Source: Emiliania huxleyi CCMP1516 (Eukaryota). From it: DNA of 64,000 nucleotides. The stretch spans positions 186,001 through 250,000 of the forward strand of contig NW_005201102.1 of assembly GCF_000372725.1 (NCBI RefSeq), written 5' to 3'. Both the position numbers and the translations under genes were made by a program. Shown piece after piece: positions 35,950 through 47,060 of the stretch; position 1 is the first letter of the stretch; the number at the start of each line of letters is the position of its first letter. The notes beneath the pieces are model-generated. The model saw only the letters and a list, made by a program, of their open reading frames with translations, had not been told where the DNA came from and did not search any database.

Positions 35950-36222
35950 TTTTATAATGAACTCGGGGGCACGGGACGCGGCACAAACGGGGCACAAACG
36001 CCAGGCTAAAAAGACGGGGAGGCACGTAGTGACGCAGGGGAGTCTAGGCGACGGACGGCGGCGGGCGTCCTCCGACGCCGCGGCGAGCCTGAGCTCGGTC
36101 GCAATCTCTTCCGCCGCCGCGAGCTGCAGCGCGACTGACATGCGCTGGGCCTGCAGCGACAGCCACGACCGCGTCGACCAGCTCGCCTCGTCCTCGTGCT
36201 GCCGCTTCGAGAGCTTTTGCTG
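35950..36222 (-). mobile_element. 5'-truncated non-LTR retrotransposon-like relic: ORF C-terminus, R2 3' segment and A-rich tail
   Basis: Reads QQKLSKRQHEDEASWSTRSWLSLQAQRMSVALQLAAAEEIATEL, then the R2 repeat, then GAGTTCATTATAAAAAA. QRxSVALQ-like helices end RLE-type non-LTR ORFs. Confidence 0.55.
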
Positions 36223-37394
36223 TGTTTATCTGAGAGCTGGTCTGGGCCAAAATCTGAGGCGAAACCGAGGAAAACCGGCAAAATACCTGGGCCCAAACCA
36301 GCCTCAGACTCGGCTCAGAGCCCGTGAAATTGACGATTTTTGCGGAGTTTCATCGGGAAACTAGAGAGGAAACGAGAGGGTGCTGTAGAGAAACAAACAC
36401 GGAAAGGAAACACGAGACGGGGTGAGCGAGGAAACATGGGTTCAGCCTAAGACAAACAATCGAAAGTGGTTGGTTGGCAGCGCGCGAGACGAGCTCAGCT
36501 ATCGACGAATAGTGGGCGCACCCGTACGCGTACGTGCTATCCATGCCATCCGATGGGACGCGTTGAATTGCGCATAACCAGTCACGTGGAAGGAGAAGTG
36601 CGACGCAGCAAGGACGCACGTCGGCAAGGCGAGACTAACTTCAGCTCACGGGTGCTGGCAGTAACCATCAGGTCCGCACATGGGGCCCGCATTTGCGTCG
36701 AGTATTGGTGGGCGTCTTCCACCCCTCAACTGTGCCGTCAAGGGTGTCATCAATGTCTGCAGCCGCGATCTCTGTGCCAGCACTAGTATCAGGGATCATG
36801 GCCTCCAGCTTCACCTTCTCAACCTGGCTCGTTGGTTCCGCCCATAGGGTGTTAAGGCGCACGTGCTCCTGGTTCGTCAGTTGCGCACTCTCCGCCGCGC
36901 TCACAGCCGTGACTTGACAGCGAATCTTTGCGTTGCCACCAACGACCACTTCATCGTTCTCCCACGTGAACACGGGCACCGTGTTTGGAGGATCTGTCGT
37001 CCCCGCTCTCGAGCTGTTCAGATCCCTCGACGGGTCTCCCGAATCGGGCCGGCCCTTCGTACACCCCATACGACACTACTGGTCGCGGTACGAACCTATC
37101 CCCCACCCACTTGTTTGGCATGTCTCTCCCTCCATCCCCCATCCGTCGCAGCGAGGTGCGTGAAGGGCCGCGCTCTGTGCAGTGCGAGGCATATCCTGGC
37201 AACCTCCGCGTTGAGCTCACGGCCCTTCTCCGAGCCAAGCGGCTCTCTATCCTTGCCCATCATGACCTGCGTCCCGTTTCTGTCGGACAGCGCCCGTGTC
37301 CCGACCTCAAACTCGTCCCACCGCAGCAGGAAGCGCGTAAGCGGATCCTCCTGGAGTTTGGCGTCTCTTACCCACGCGCCGTGCCAGTTTCTAT

Positions 37395-37398
<4 letters not shown>

Positions 37399-37481
<83 letters not shown>
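37399..37481. repeat. (CA)n microsatellite
   Basis: Long cacaca run. Confidence 0.98.
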
Positions 37482-37485
<4 letters not shown>

Positions 37486-37734
37486 CAGACACCACCACCA
37501 GATACACACTACTATCGACGTACGTATGCTAGTCGACCGCGTACGCCCTACTCCTCTCCACTTGACACCCTATCCAGTGCTCAAGTGCTCAAAAGTACGT
37601 TTACTGAAATTCATCGCCAAAAGCCGAGCATCGAGGTTGAGCGGAGATTCCGGGAGATGGAATTGCCAACTTGGGTAATTCGGAGACCGACTGAAGCCTG
37701 GCGCCACGACCTGCAGAGCTGCTATCTCTGCCGA

Positions 37735-39491
37735 ATGCGCTCGTGGAGGGCGCTTCTGCTCTCGCTACCGCATTCGCTGGGCGACCATGAGCCGCACGGC
37801 AGGACCGGAAGCGGGAAGCGACGCCGTTTGGTCACGCTCTGCGACGACACCTGTACGTTCACGAATCGCAAAGGGACGCAGGAGAGGGCGTCTGAACTAC
37901 TGAACCCCGCCACACAGGATGGGACAGGAACGTGGGGCGAGTTTCTGGCGGCGGAGGGTATTCAGATAGAGCCCCTAATCTCCTATTCCTATGGACCGAA
38001 CCACGGAGAAGTTGCTCGCGAGAAACCTGCCCGACCTGTCAAGGATGGCTACTGCGACGACGGTGGTGCTGATGCCCTTTCTGCAAGCTGCGATTATGGC
38101 ACGGACTGTGCGGATTGTGGACCTCGCGAATCCACCGAGTGGGTCGACTTATCGCCCCCAACGCCGCCCCTTCCGCCAACGCCACCCTTGCCGCCGTACA
38201 GCAGAGCGCAGGTCTGGAACTCGAACTTGTTCAGCATGGACGACGTCTTGTGCGGATCAGGGGAAGGGCACATGAGTGCTAAAGATCAGCATGAGCCAGA
38301 CGCATTCCTGCGCGAGTTAGAGATTGAGGCCTTCATGACGCTGCTCCAATACCCCCAATGGAAAAGGGAGGAGGGAAAGCAGCGGGCATTCGGAGGTGCT
38401 TTCGAGGAAAGGGAGCCCGACATCCTAAGCTTTGAGAGTGAATGTGCAAGGTTCTGCATTGAATACGCGGAGGCGCACGGATACGCCCGTGATGCCCCCT
38501 TCTGCTGCGAGTCGAACAAGATGGGAAACAGCGGAAGCAACTGGGACCCGCTCCAGCTCGTTACTGACAAGGCACGGGCGAAGTTCGCCGGTAAGGTCGG
38601 TGCGCCAGGGCCCGCAACCAACCCAGACGATGTCGGCGACGTCTATCGTTACAGGTCAGGGGCCCCAGATACGCGAGGAAGATGCGTCATCGGCAAAGCG
38701 GGGAGCACGAAGCGAACCTCGAACGAAAAAGTAGGCCCGGGCCATGACAACCGAGCCGTCAAGAGCGTTATTCTCACCCTCGACGACGTGTACGCCGCCT
38801 TCCCATCGTACAATGCATATTGCACGAACGATTGCCTGCGCCTCAATCCCAACGCCAACACGGGCCCGACCGAGAACGCCTTAGACGGCAGCAGAGGCAA
38901 CGGCGTATGCGAAGACGGCGGCCCTGGGGACGAAACGAACTTCAAGGAGCGATACGGCTGGCCGCGCTGCCAATACGGGTCCGACTGCGCAGACTGCGGC
39001 CCGCGGCCCGGTCCCCCTTCCCCTCCCCGCAGCCTTGCCAGCAGCGACTCCCCGCCGCCACCGCTGCCACTGGCTACAGCTCCGCCACCGGCGTCTATGC
39101 CCTCAGCGTCTTCACCACCCGCGTTTGCGTCGCCGCCCAGAGCTGATGCTAAGGCGCGTTGCGACGCTGCCTCTCTTGCATGCGCAAAGGCAGAGGCGGA
39201 CACACTTGTCTCGGGTTTGAGTAGGTGCTCCAAGACCCCCACTTGTACTTTGCGTATGGCGGACGCGCTGACTTCCGCGGCCGCAATGGCGCCTTCTACA
39301 GCTTCCTTTCCGCGCCGGGTCTAGCGGTCAACGTCAAGATTGAGGAGGCGCTTTTCACGCTTCACGACGGCGCGCTCACGGTCAACGGCTCCTTCATCAC
39401 CGAGGCGCATGTGCTGGCGCGAGGCATCGAAGATCGCCAAGTCAGCGCCTCCTTCTTCTCCAAGGAGCTCGACGAGCTCAACTCGGGCTAG
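37735..39491 (+). CDS. Putative secreted Cys-rich protein with two CxDGG...CxYGxDCADCGPR repeats, Pro-rich linkers and a C-terminal 'QDPH...GGRADFRG' domain (possibly 3'-truncated)
   Basis: MRSWRALLLSLPHSLG start; CDDGGADALSASCDYGTDCADCGPR and CEDGGPGD...CQYGSDCADCGPR. Predicted GC-AG intron 39154-39224 joins to VLQDPHLYFAYGGRADFRG. Confidence 0.6.
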
Positions 39492-39838
39492 GCGCTTTAT
39501 CCACCCTATATTCTTCTCTCTATCCTCTGCCCGTGCCTTGGTCTTGTCGTTGTATAAATAAAATAAATAAAACGGACACACCAAACAAGCAAAACAAATC
39601 TCTCTCTCTCTCTCCCAAACAAGGGGTGGGAGAAGGACAGGGTGGTCCCCACCTGCGCGAGCAGGATCTTGTAAGGACGATCAGGGACATAGGGGAACGG
39701 GAGCGGGGAGCGCATCGCGACACGGAGGGGGGCTGGGCAGGGTTCACCCACACGACAGGGTCCCAGGGATTCCCCTCTTGGCGTTGTTTCTTTGCAAGTG
39801 AGTGAGAGTTGGGCTGTCTAAATTCTTTGCAAGCCGAA

Positions 39839-40321
39839 ATGCTCGCCCGGCCGACGAGGCCATGTTGCCGCGCCGCGCCGTACGCCGCTGCGCTCCTGTG
39901 CACGTCCGCGGGCCGCCGCCCTCCGAGAGGGAGGCACGACCCGACCGCGCGCCGGCCGACGAGCGTGTGCGACCCGTATGAGAACAACGGCAAGCCGCTC
40001 TCGCAGGAGCAGTGCGCGAAGCTGCTGCCGAGCGTGAGCGACTCGTGGGCGCTCGTCGACGATGGCACGGCCCTCATGCGCGAGATCGAGGTCGCCGACT
40101 TTGTGCAGGGCTCCAGGCTCGTCTCGACGCTCGCAGCAGTGGCCTTCAACAACAACCACTACCCAGTGCTGACGCTCGAGCGGCGGCTGAGCGAGAGGCG
40201 GCGCTGGCAGGAGCTGGTGGTGGTACGGTGCCAAACGACGGTGCTGGGTGGGCTCAGCTACCAAGACTTCACGCTCGCCATGCTGATGGACGTCGAGCTT
40301 GGAAGGGATAGAGAGTGGTAA
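39839..40321 (+). CDS. Pterin-4a-carbinolamine dehydratase-like protein with an Arg/Ala-rich organellar targeting peptide
   Basis: KPLSQEQCAKLL...W...LMREIEVADFVQG...VAFNNNHYP...T.VLGGLSYQDFTLAMLMD matches the PCD fold pattern. The canonical HHP is NHYP here. Confidence 0.75.
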   Translation: MLARPTRPCCRAAPYAAALLCTSAGRRPPRGRHDPTARRPTSVCDPYENNGKPLSQEQCAKLLPSVSDSWALVDDGTALMREIEVADFVQGSRLVSTLAAVAFNNNHYPVLTLERRLSERRRWQELVVVRCQTTVLGGLSYQDFTLAMLMDVELGRDREW

Positions 40322-40707
40322 AAGGTAAGGTGTAAGGCCCAAACGTCTCCACACACACAAAGTGAGGTGGGGCAAGGGGGGGCGACCCTCGCATCTCCAC
40401 GCCCGGACACGGGCAGGAGCCCCACGGCATTCAAAGTGCAAGCACCGGCCCGGTGCCGTGGGTGAGCAACCCGCAGCCACCCCACTCCCTCCCCCAAGCG
40501 CAGGGGCCGCGGGAGTCGGGAGAACGTCGTGCTGGCCTGCTGACGCACGCATTCCGCATCGACCCGACGCCCCACGCCGCATGCGAGATGCCGGAGATAC
40601 GCCGTCCGGGACAAAAGTTATCAGAGTGCCAGTCAGTTAGTTGGACAGCTCGGAGCTCGCTTTGTCGGGCGGGCGAAACGGTCTCCGGACTCCAATCGAC
40701 GTTTATC

Positions 40708-43276
40708 ATGCATGCTGGTGTCGAGCGGCTCGCGTCGGTGGGGCGGGCGCTCGACAAGGTCCAAACGGGACTGATGCTCGTCGACACCGTGCTCAAGATC
40801 GGCGAGGGCGCCGGGCTGCCTCTTGTTCCGGTGGTGTGCGGCGCGGCTCGCGGCGTCCTTCAAGTCGTGCAAGAGTCGCGAACTGTGATCAGCGATGTGC
40901 TATCGGCTGCCCAGCGCACGATTGACGTCCTCGAGCTGCTGCAGCTCATGGCTAAAAACGTGAAACGCATGGACGCGACGAGCCGCGCGAGCGTCGAGGA
41001 CCGGATGCGCGAGTTGCAGCGGCTGCTCGATGACGTACGCTCCGCAGTCGCTGCCTTTGGCAAGAAGGGCTGGCTGCGGCAAGCGCTCAAGAGGCGCAAC
41101 GCCTTCTCACAGCTCGACTCGGAAATCACCAGCCAGCTCGACCTGCTGCTCAAGTTCTACAACCTCGCCCGCGACGCGGACATCCTCGACCGGCTGCAGG
41201 CGCGCGAGTACGCTGTGGAGGCGGAGGTGGAGCGGCAGGTGGCCGAGCGGAAGGCGCTGGGCGAGGCTGTCGACGCGGATGCGCTCGAGAAGGACTGCGA
41301 GGTCGTGCGCGGCGTTGCTGTCGCCTCAGGCGTGTCCGACGCCGAGTTCCAAGAGGAGTTGACGCGTGAGATGCGCGAGGGCTTTGCACAGCAGGGCCTC
41401 AAGCTCGATAAGATCATCGCGATGATGGCGACCCTCTCGGCAACGGGCATTGGCAACGCGGAGCCGGACCGCAGCTCACGGATGCCGCTCTACGCGTACG
41501 ACCGCAAACCGGACGCGCCCGTCGGCCAGAAGGACAAGCTCGCTGCGCGGCTCGGAAAGGGCTCTTTCGGTGTCACCTACCGGATGCGCAAGGTTGCTGG
41601 GATCGATGCAAGGCTGTACGCGGTCAAGATGATCGAGTCGGAGGAGCTGGACAGCGCCGGCTTGGAGAAGGAGGCGCGTCTACTCTCGACGATCGAGCAC
41701 GAGAACACGCTGCGCTTCTACGACGCCTTCTGGCACGACACCGACGACGGCCGCCTCTTCGTCATCGTCACGGAGCTGCTCACCGGCGGCTCCCTCTGCG
41801 ATAAGATCGACACCGCGCCGCCGCCGCCCGAGGTTGCAGCGCTGATGCGGCAGGTCGCGTCCGGGCTCGCGTACATGCACTCGCTCAACCTGCATCACCG
41901 CGACCTCAAGCCGGCCAACGTGATGCTCGACTCGGCGGGCCGCGCAAAGATCATCGACTTCGGGCTCGCTTGCGTCGTCTTCGCCTCGCGCCGCTCGCGC
42001 ACCAAGACCAAGGTGGGCACGGACGCGTATATGTCGCCCGAGAAGGCCGTCGGCAAGCGGTACGGGCCGGCGGACGACGTTTGGGCCGCCGGCTGCATCC
42101 TCGCCGAGCTTCTCCTCGGCCGCACGATCGGCAACGTAGCGCTCGACGCGGCAAAGCGGCAGCGCGCGATCGCCGAGGGCAAGTCCGCGAGCGAGCGGCT
42201 TGGCTCGTGGGTCGAGGGCTGTCTCCAGGAGAGCCCGGGGCGGCGGCCGGCGGCGGCGGTGCTGGAGCAGGGGCTGGCGTCGGGTGGCCCGGATGCGCAC
42301 GAGGCGGAAGAGCGGCGTCTGCGTGAGGCAGCAGCGGCTGCAGCAGCGGCAGATGAGAAGGAGCGCGTGCGCCACGAGGCGTGGCGTGCGCCTGCAGGCG
42401 AGGAGTGGATATGTACAGTTTGCACGATGATCAACGCGGCGGCCAGCAAGGTGCTTGGACCTAGACGCTGGACACGGATCTTTGTATTCCAACTGGGGCG
42501 CGTATCCGCTGTATCGGCCGTATCTACTGGGTTCACGCGGTGCTCCGAGTACACTGCACGACACCGCATCCCCACCCTCACATTGGTGTACCCCCTCACG
42601 TGAGGCGTGCGACGCTTGCGGTTCGCCCCGCGGACCTGCTGCGCCGTCTGGCAGCGCCAAAGAAGCGGGCGAAACGGGGGGCGAAAGCAGCTCCGACCTG
42701 TCCGAGGTGTCTTCCATTACGAGGGAGATTGTCTTGGAAAGGGGTCGCGAGAATGTCTTGGCGCGGAAAGGGGCTGACGGCATCAACCGCATCAAAGTCA
42801 GCGCCGATGGAAAGGTGACCGAGACAAAGGAAACTACCAGCGGCCGCATCGTCAGCTTCGCGACTGGGAACGTGACACCAGAGGGCGATATCATCACCAA
42901 TGTTACGCACTGCCCAAAGACGCACCAAATGGAAGAACGACGGACTGGGAGCTCGGGCAAGCCACGCTGCGACACGTGCGCGGTCAAGATTGAAAAGAAC
43001 TCGCCATACCTCGTCTGCCGCGAGTGCGACTGGGTCGTCTGCAAAGGCTGCTACGGTCCCTTCGTCTGGTGTCAGCTCGCAAAGGTTGTCCAGATCAGCG
43101 AGGGCGAGTTTGCCATCAGCGAGGGCGATGGCACTCTGCCAGTTAAATCAATCGTCATGGATCACCGTGTCGGACGCGATGCCCCTCAACATCTGAGGGT
43201 CTGTGCGGCTCAAGCGCCGCAACGTTTGAAGGTCGAGAAGAAGCTGCTGCGTGTGACGACGACGCCTTGCTCGTAA
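40708..43276 (+). CDS. Ser/Thr protein kinase with N-terminal MLKL-NTD-like helical domain, RanBP2-type zinc finger and C-terminal ZZ/C1-like zinc finger; intron 42451-42604
   Basis: Kinase: LGKGSFG, YAVK, HRDLKPAN, DFG, GTDAYMSPE, DVWAAG. Splicing gives WICTVCTMINAAASK/ACDAC, an exact W-x-C-x2-C-x3-N-x6-C-x2-C. Later CPKTH...CDTC...CRECDWVVCKGC. Confidence 0.85.
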
Positions 43277-43668
43277 CAGCCACCGGACAACCATTAGTCT
43301 AATGGGAGAGGATGACCTGTCCTGTGGTGAGTCCGGTGTCTGTGTGACCCTTGCCCAGCCCCCGCCTTCGTTAGTACTACTACTTTTAGCTTAGCTCTCT
43401 CTCGTTGTGTCGAGCCTGTCTGCTGTGAGAGAGAGTTCTTTTGTTTAAACTCTCTCGTTGTAAAGTCGATCTTGTCAACACCAGCGGGCCGGATGATCGG
43501 GATCGGGCTGCGCAGGGCAGAAAGAAAGAAACAGAATCACAGGGGGAAGAAAAGGGGAATCTTGTCCGTTCCCTTCTAGAAAAAATTCTTTTTACCTGGC
43601 CGTAAAATTCTCTTTTTCAGAAATCCAACGCCCCGCCGGCGCGACCGGCGGAGCACACAAACACACAT

Positions 43669-46648
43669 ATGCCGCTCATGGTGACTTCTCGTCAGCGCAG
43701 GACGCTCCGCGAGGCGGAGCCGCCCTCTCTCCCGGCCGCGCTGGCGGCCACGCTCGCCGCCAACCACGCAAGGGTGCTCGACCTATTCCGTGCTCTTGAC
43801 CGGAACGAGGATGGGCTCGTCTCACGCGGTGAGTTGCGGAGCAAGCTGATGGGGCTGGGCCTGCAGGTGTCGCCGCACGAGCTCAACGAGCTCTTCTACG
43901 CCCTCGATCCCGACGGCTCTGGCGCCATCGACTATGAGGAGCTCCGCCGCGCTCTGCTCGAGGCTGGCCGAGGCCCTCCCAAGCGATGGGCGTCGCCACC
44001 GCCGCGGTCGGGCGCGGTGCGGTCGTCAGCGGGCGTGGCGCTGCCGGTGGCAGTGGCGGAGGAGCTCCGATCGCAGGTGGCCGATGTGCAGTCGCAGGTG
44101 CGCGAGCTGCTGCACGCCGTGCACGCGCAGCTCCGCTCGCTGCACGACCAGAACCAGGCGGGACTCCGCGCGGCGGCAGAGGCGGCGGCCGCTGCCGCGA
44201 CGGCGGAGGCGCGCGAGCGCGAGGCCGCCCTCGCGGCGGAGTTGCGCGCCGTCGCCGCCGCAGCCAAGCAGGATGCGGCGGCGGCGGCCACCGCCGCCGC
44301 CAGAGCAGCCGAGGCGCTCGACGGCGGAGGCGGAGGCGGAGGCGGCGGTGGTGGACGAATGGAGCGGCTGGAGCGGCTGGCGAGGGAGGTGGAGGCGCTG
44401 CAGCGCGAGGCGCCGCGGGCGCGGGAGGCGGCGGCGCGCGCGGCGGAGGAGGCGGCTGCCCGTCAGGCGGCAGCGGTGGAGAAGTGCATGCATGAGCGGC
44501 TGCAGGAGGCCCTCGCTTCGAGTGACCTCGCTTCGGCGCCCCGCGAGGCGGAGCTGGCGGCGCAGAGGGAGGAGGTGCGCGCGTTTGCGTCGGCGACCGA
44601 GCGGTCGGTGGCGTCGCTGGCGGCGGCGCTCGAGGAGCAGGCGTCGCTCATCAGCGGCCGGCTCGCGGCTCTCGAGGCCGAGCAAGAGGCCGCCGCATCA
44701 CACGCGCGCGAGCGGGACGCCGAGCAGCGCGCGGCGGTGTCAGCAGCCGAGCGGGAGGGTGCGGCTGCGGCGGCGGCGCACAAGGCGGCGGTGGCGGAGG
44801 TGCGCGAGGAGGTGCGTCGCGTGGCGAGCACCGAGGCGTCGCTGCACCGCGCCGCGGACGCGCGCGCCCAGGCGGCGGAGGAGGAGGCCGCCGCGTCGAA
44901 CCGCCGGCTGATTGCGCTTGAGGAGGCGGTGGCGACGGCGCTGCCGCGGAGCGAGGCGGCGGCGGCGGCGGCGGCGGAGGCTGCGGGCCGCGCGTCGAGC
45001 CTCGAGGCCTCTCTCGCCGCGTTGTCTCCGCGTGTGGCTGCGGATGAGGCTGCGCGCGCGGCGCTCGAAGGCGCGGTGCGGGAGCTGGCGGCGGCGGTGG
45101 AGGCGGTGCACCACAAGGCGGTCGGCGCTTGCTCCGAGCTGCGCAGCGAACTCGAGCCGCGGCTCGCTGCAGCAGAGCAGCGGCTGGAGGCCACGGAGGC
45201 GGAGCTGCAGGCTGTCGCAGACGAGGCGCAGGGCGCGGCCGCCAGCGCGGCGCGCGGCGCGGCGCAGGCGAGCCAGGCGCAGGAGGCGGCGGCGAGGCGC
45301 ATCGGAGCCGTCGAGGCGGCGGCGACGGCTCAGGCGGCGGCGCTCGAGGCGATCCATGCGGAGTGGCTGCCCGAGATGGCGCCGCGGGCGGCGGTCGAGG
45401 AGCTGCGCGCGCGGCTGGAGCGGTGCGCGCTGCGAGAAGAGGTCGGCGAGGCGGCCGAGCGTGCTATCTCCGCGGCGCGCCACCCGCTAGCCCCCTCCCC
45501 AGGCACTCCTCCTGCTAGAGCACTTCCTAGAAGGGCGTCGTGGGGCAGAGAGAGCCGAGAGGTTCCAGAGCCGAGGGGGGGGGGGGGGGGGAGAGAACCT
45601 GAGACAGGCCCTCGCGTGAGTCGCGCGCCGTGAGTCTCTCCGGCGGTGGTAGGCGCGCCTCGACGCGATGCGCGGCACTCACCGCGCCATGGAGGCGGGG
45701 CTGCACGTCCTCGGCGCCGACCTCGCCGAGTACGCGCAGATCGCGCCGCACGGCGGAGACCCGATCGCGCCCAGCCGCCGCCAGAGCTTCGGTACACCCC
45801 CCCGGGGCGCTCCCCCGACCGACGCGCTCGCCGATGGCGCCGAGTGGGGCAGCTGGCCGCCGAGCGGACCTTCGGGCGCGCGCGTCGCTGTGGCGGCTTG
45901 CGCCGCGCACCGCTCCACTGCTCCGTGGCCGCCCTCGCCGGGCTTGGTCTCGCCGCCCGACCCGCACTCGCCTCCACCGCCGCCGCCACAGCCGCCGCAG
46001 CCGCAGCCGCCGCAGCCGCCGCAGCAGCCACCGCAGCCGCAGCCGCCGCAGCAGCCGCCGCAGCAGCCGCAGCAGCCGCCGCAGCAGCAGCCGCAGCCGG
46101 CAAGGCACGCCAGCCTCCCTGGACGCCTCGAGCCGCGGACTCCGCCTTCTGCGGTGGGGCCTCCAAGGCGCCAGGGCGGCGTGGCTCCGTTTGCCTCGTC
46201 GCCGCTCTCCCCCCACCACCTCTCCCCCCACCACCTCTCCCCCCACCACTCGCCGCCTGCCGGCGAGCTCGCGGCGGCTGCATCGTCCGCGAGCGCAGCT
46301 GCTCCGCCGCACGTGGCGCCGCCGGCGCACGCGGCGCAGCTCTCGCACAGTCACGCGCCGCACGAGCAGCGCCACTGCGGCCACTTCGCCGGCGGCTGTG
46401 GGGACGCGCCAGAGCATGCGAGCTCTGCGTCTGTGGGCGAGGCGAGCGCCGGGCCTTCCTCGCCGTGCGTGGAGCAGCGGTCCCCGCCCCAGCGGTTCGC
46501 GCCGCCCGACTCTCAGGCGCCGGCGCCGGGGGAGAGGGCCGCGGACGCAGAAGGCAGCTATGGCGCGCTGCACGCGCGCGTCGAGGAGCAGCTCGCGCGC
46601 TGCTCCGCCTTGCTCGGCTCCCAGCCCAAGGGAGATGCCGAGTGCTGA
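43669..46648 (+). CDS. EF-hand pair, long Ala/Glu coiled coil and Pro/Gln-rich tail; predicted intron 45475-45652
   Basis: DRNEDGLVSRGE and DPDGSGAIDYEE EF loops. ORFs 43669.. and 45668.. join in frame over a GC-AG intron. Confidence 0.75.
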
Positions 46649-47060
46649 TTGCCGGGCTGGTGGCTCGTGAGCGTTGACGCCGGCGTGCTTTTGCGAGCAG
46701 ACAAGGGCGTGCAGGGAACGTGCTCTGCACAGGCCGCGGGGGCTGGAGAGTGAGGCGGGTGGGATCCGTAAGTGCATGCGTGCTTAGCTGTGGCTTAGGG
46801 AGAGCTCTTTACGTACCTGAAGCAATCAAGCTCCCGAGATAAAAAAGAAACTTTGCTTTGCTCACAACGCAAACCACCACATATATGGACCTGCACAGGA
46901 TATGTGCCCGAGCGTTCCGAGGCGCGACTCGCTTCACCTTCAGCCTTCACCCTCCGACGCTCCACCCGCCGGCCTGTGTGTGTTCCAGCCCCGCGCACCG
47001 CTCACGCATTGCACAGTTGACACTCCCCCCCCCTCGGCCGGCCCGCCGGACACACACAGA

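Noticed and set aside
36668..37069. 133-aa minus-strand ORF with protein-like composition
   Set aside because: No identifiable family or supporting signals; may be a gene or transposon fragment but cannot be supported.
36985..37734. N-terminal 250 aa of the 779-aa ORF, including an HTHTHT tract
   Set aside because: Read-through of a CA microsatellite and intergenic DNA; a signal-peptide-like start at 37735 is more plausible.
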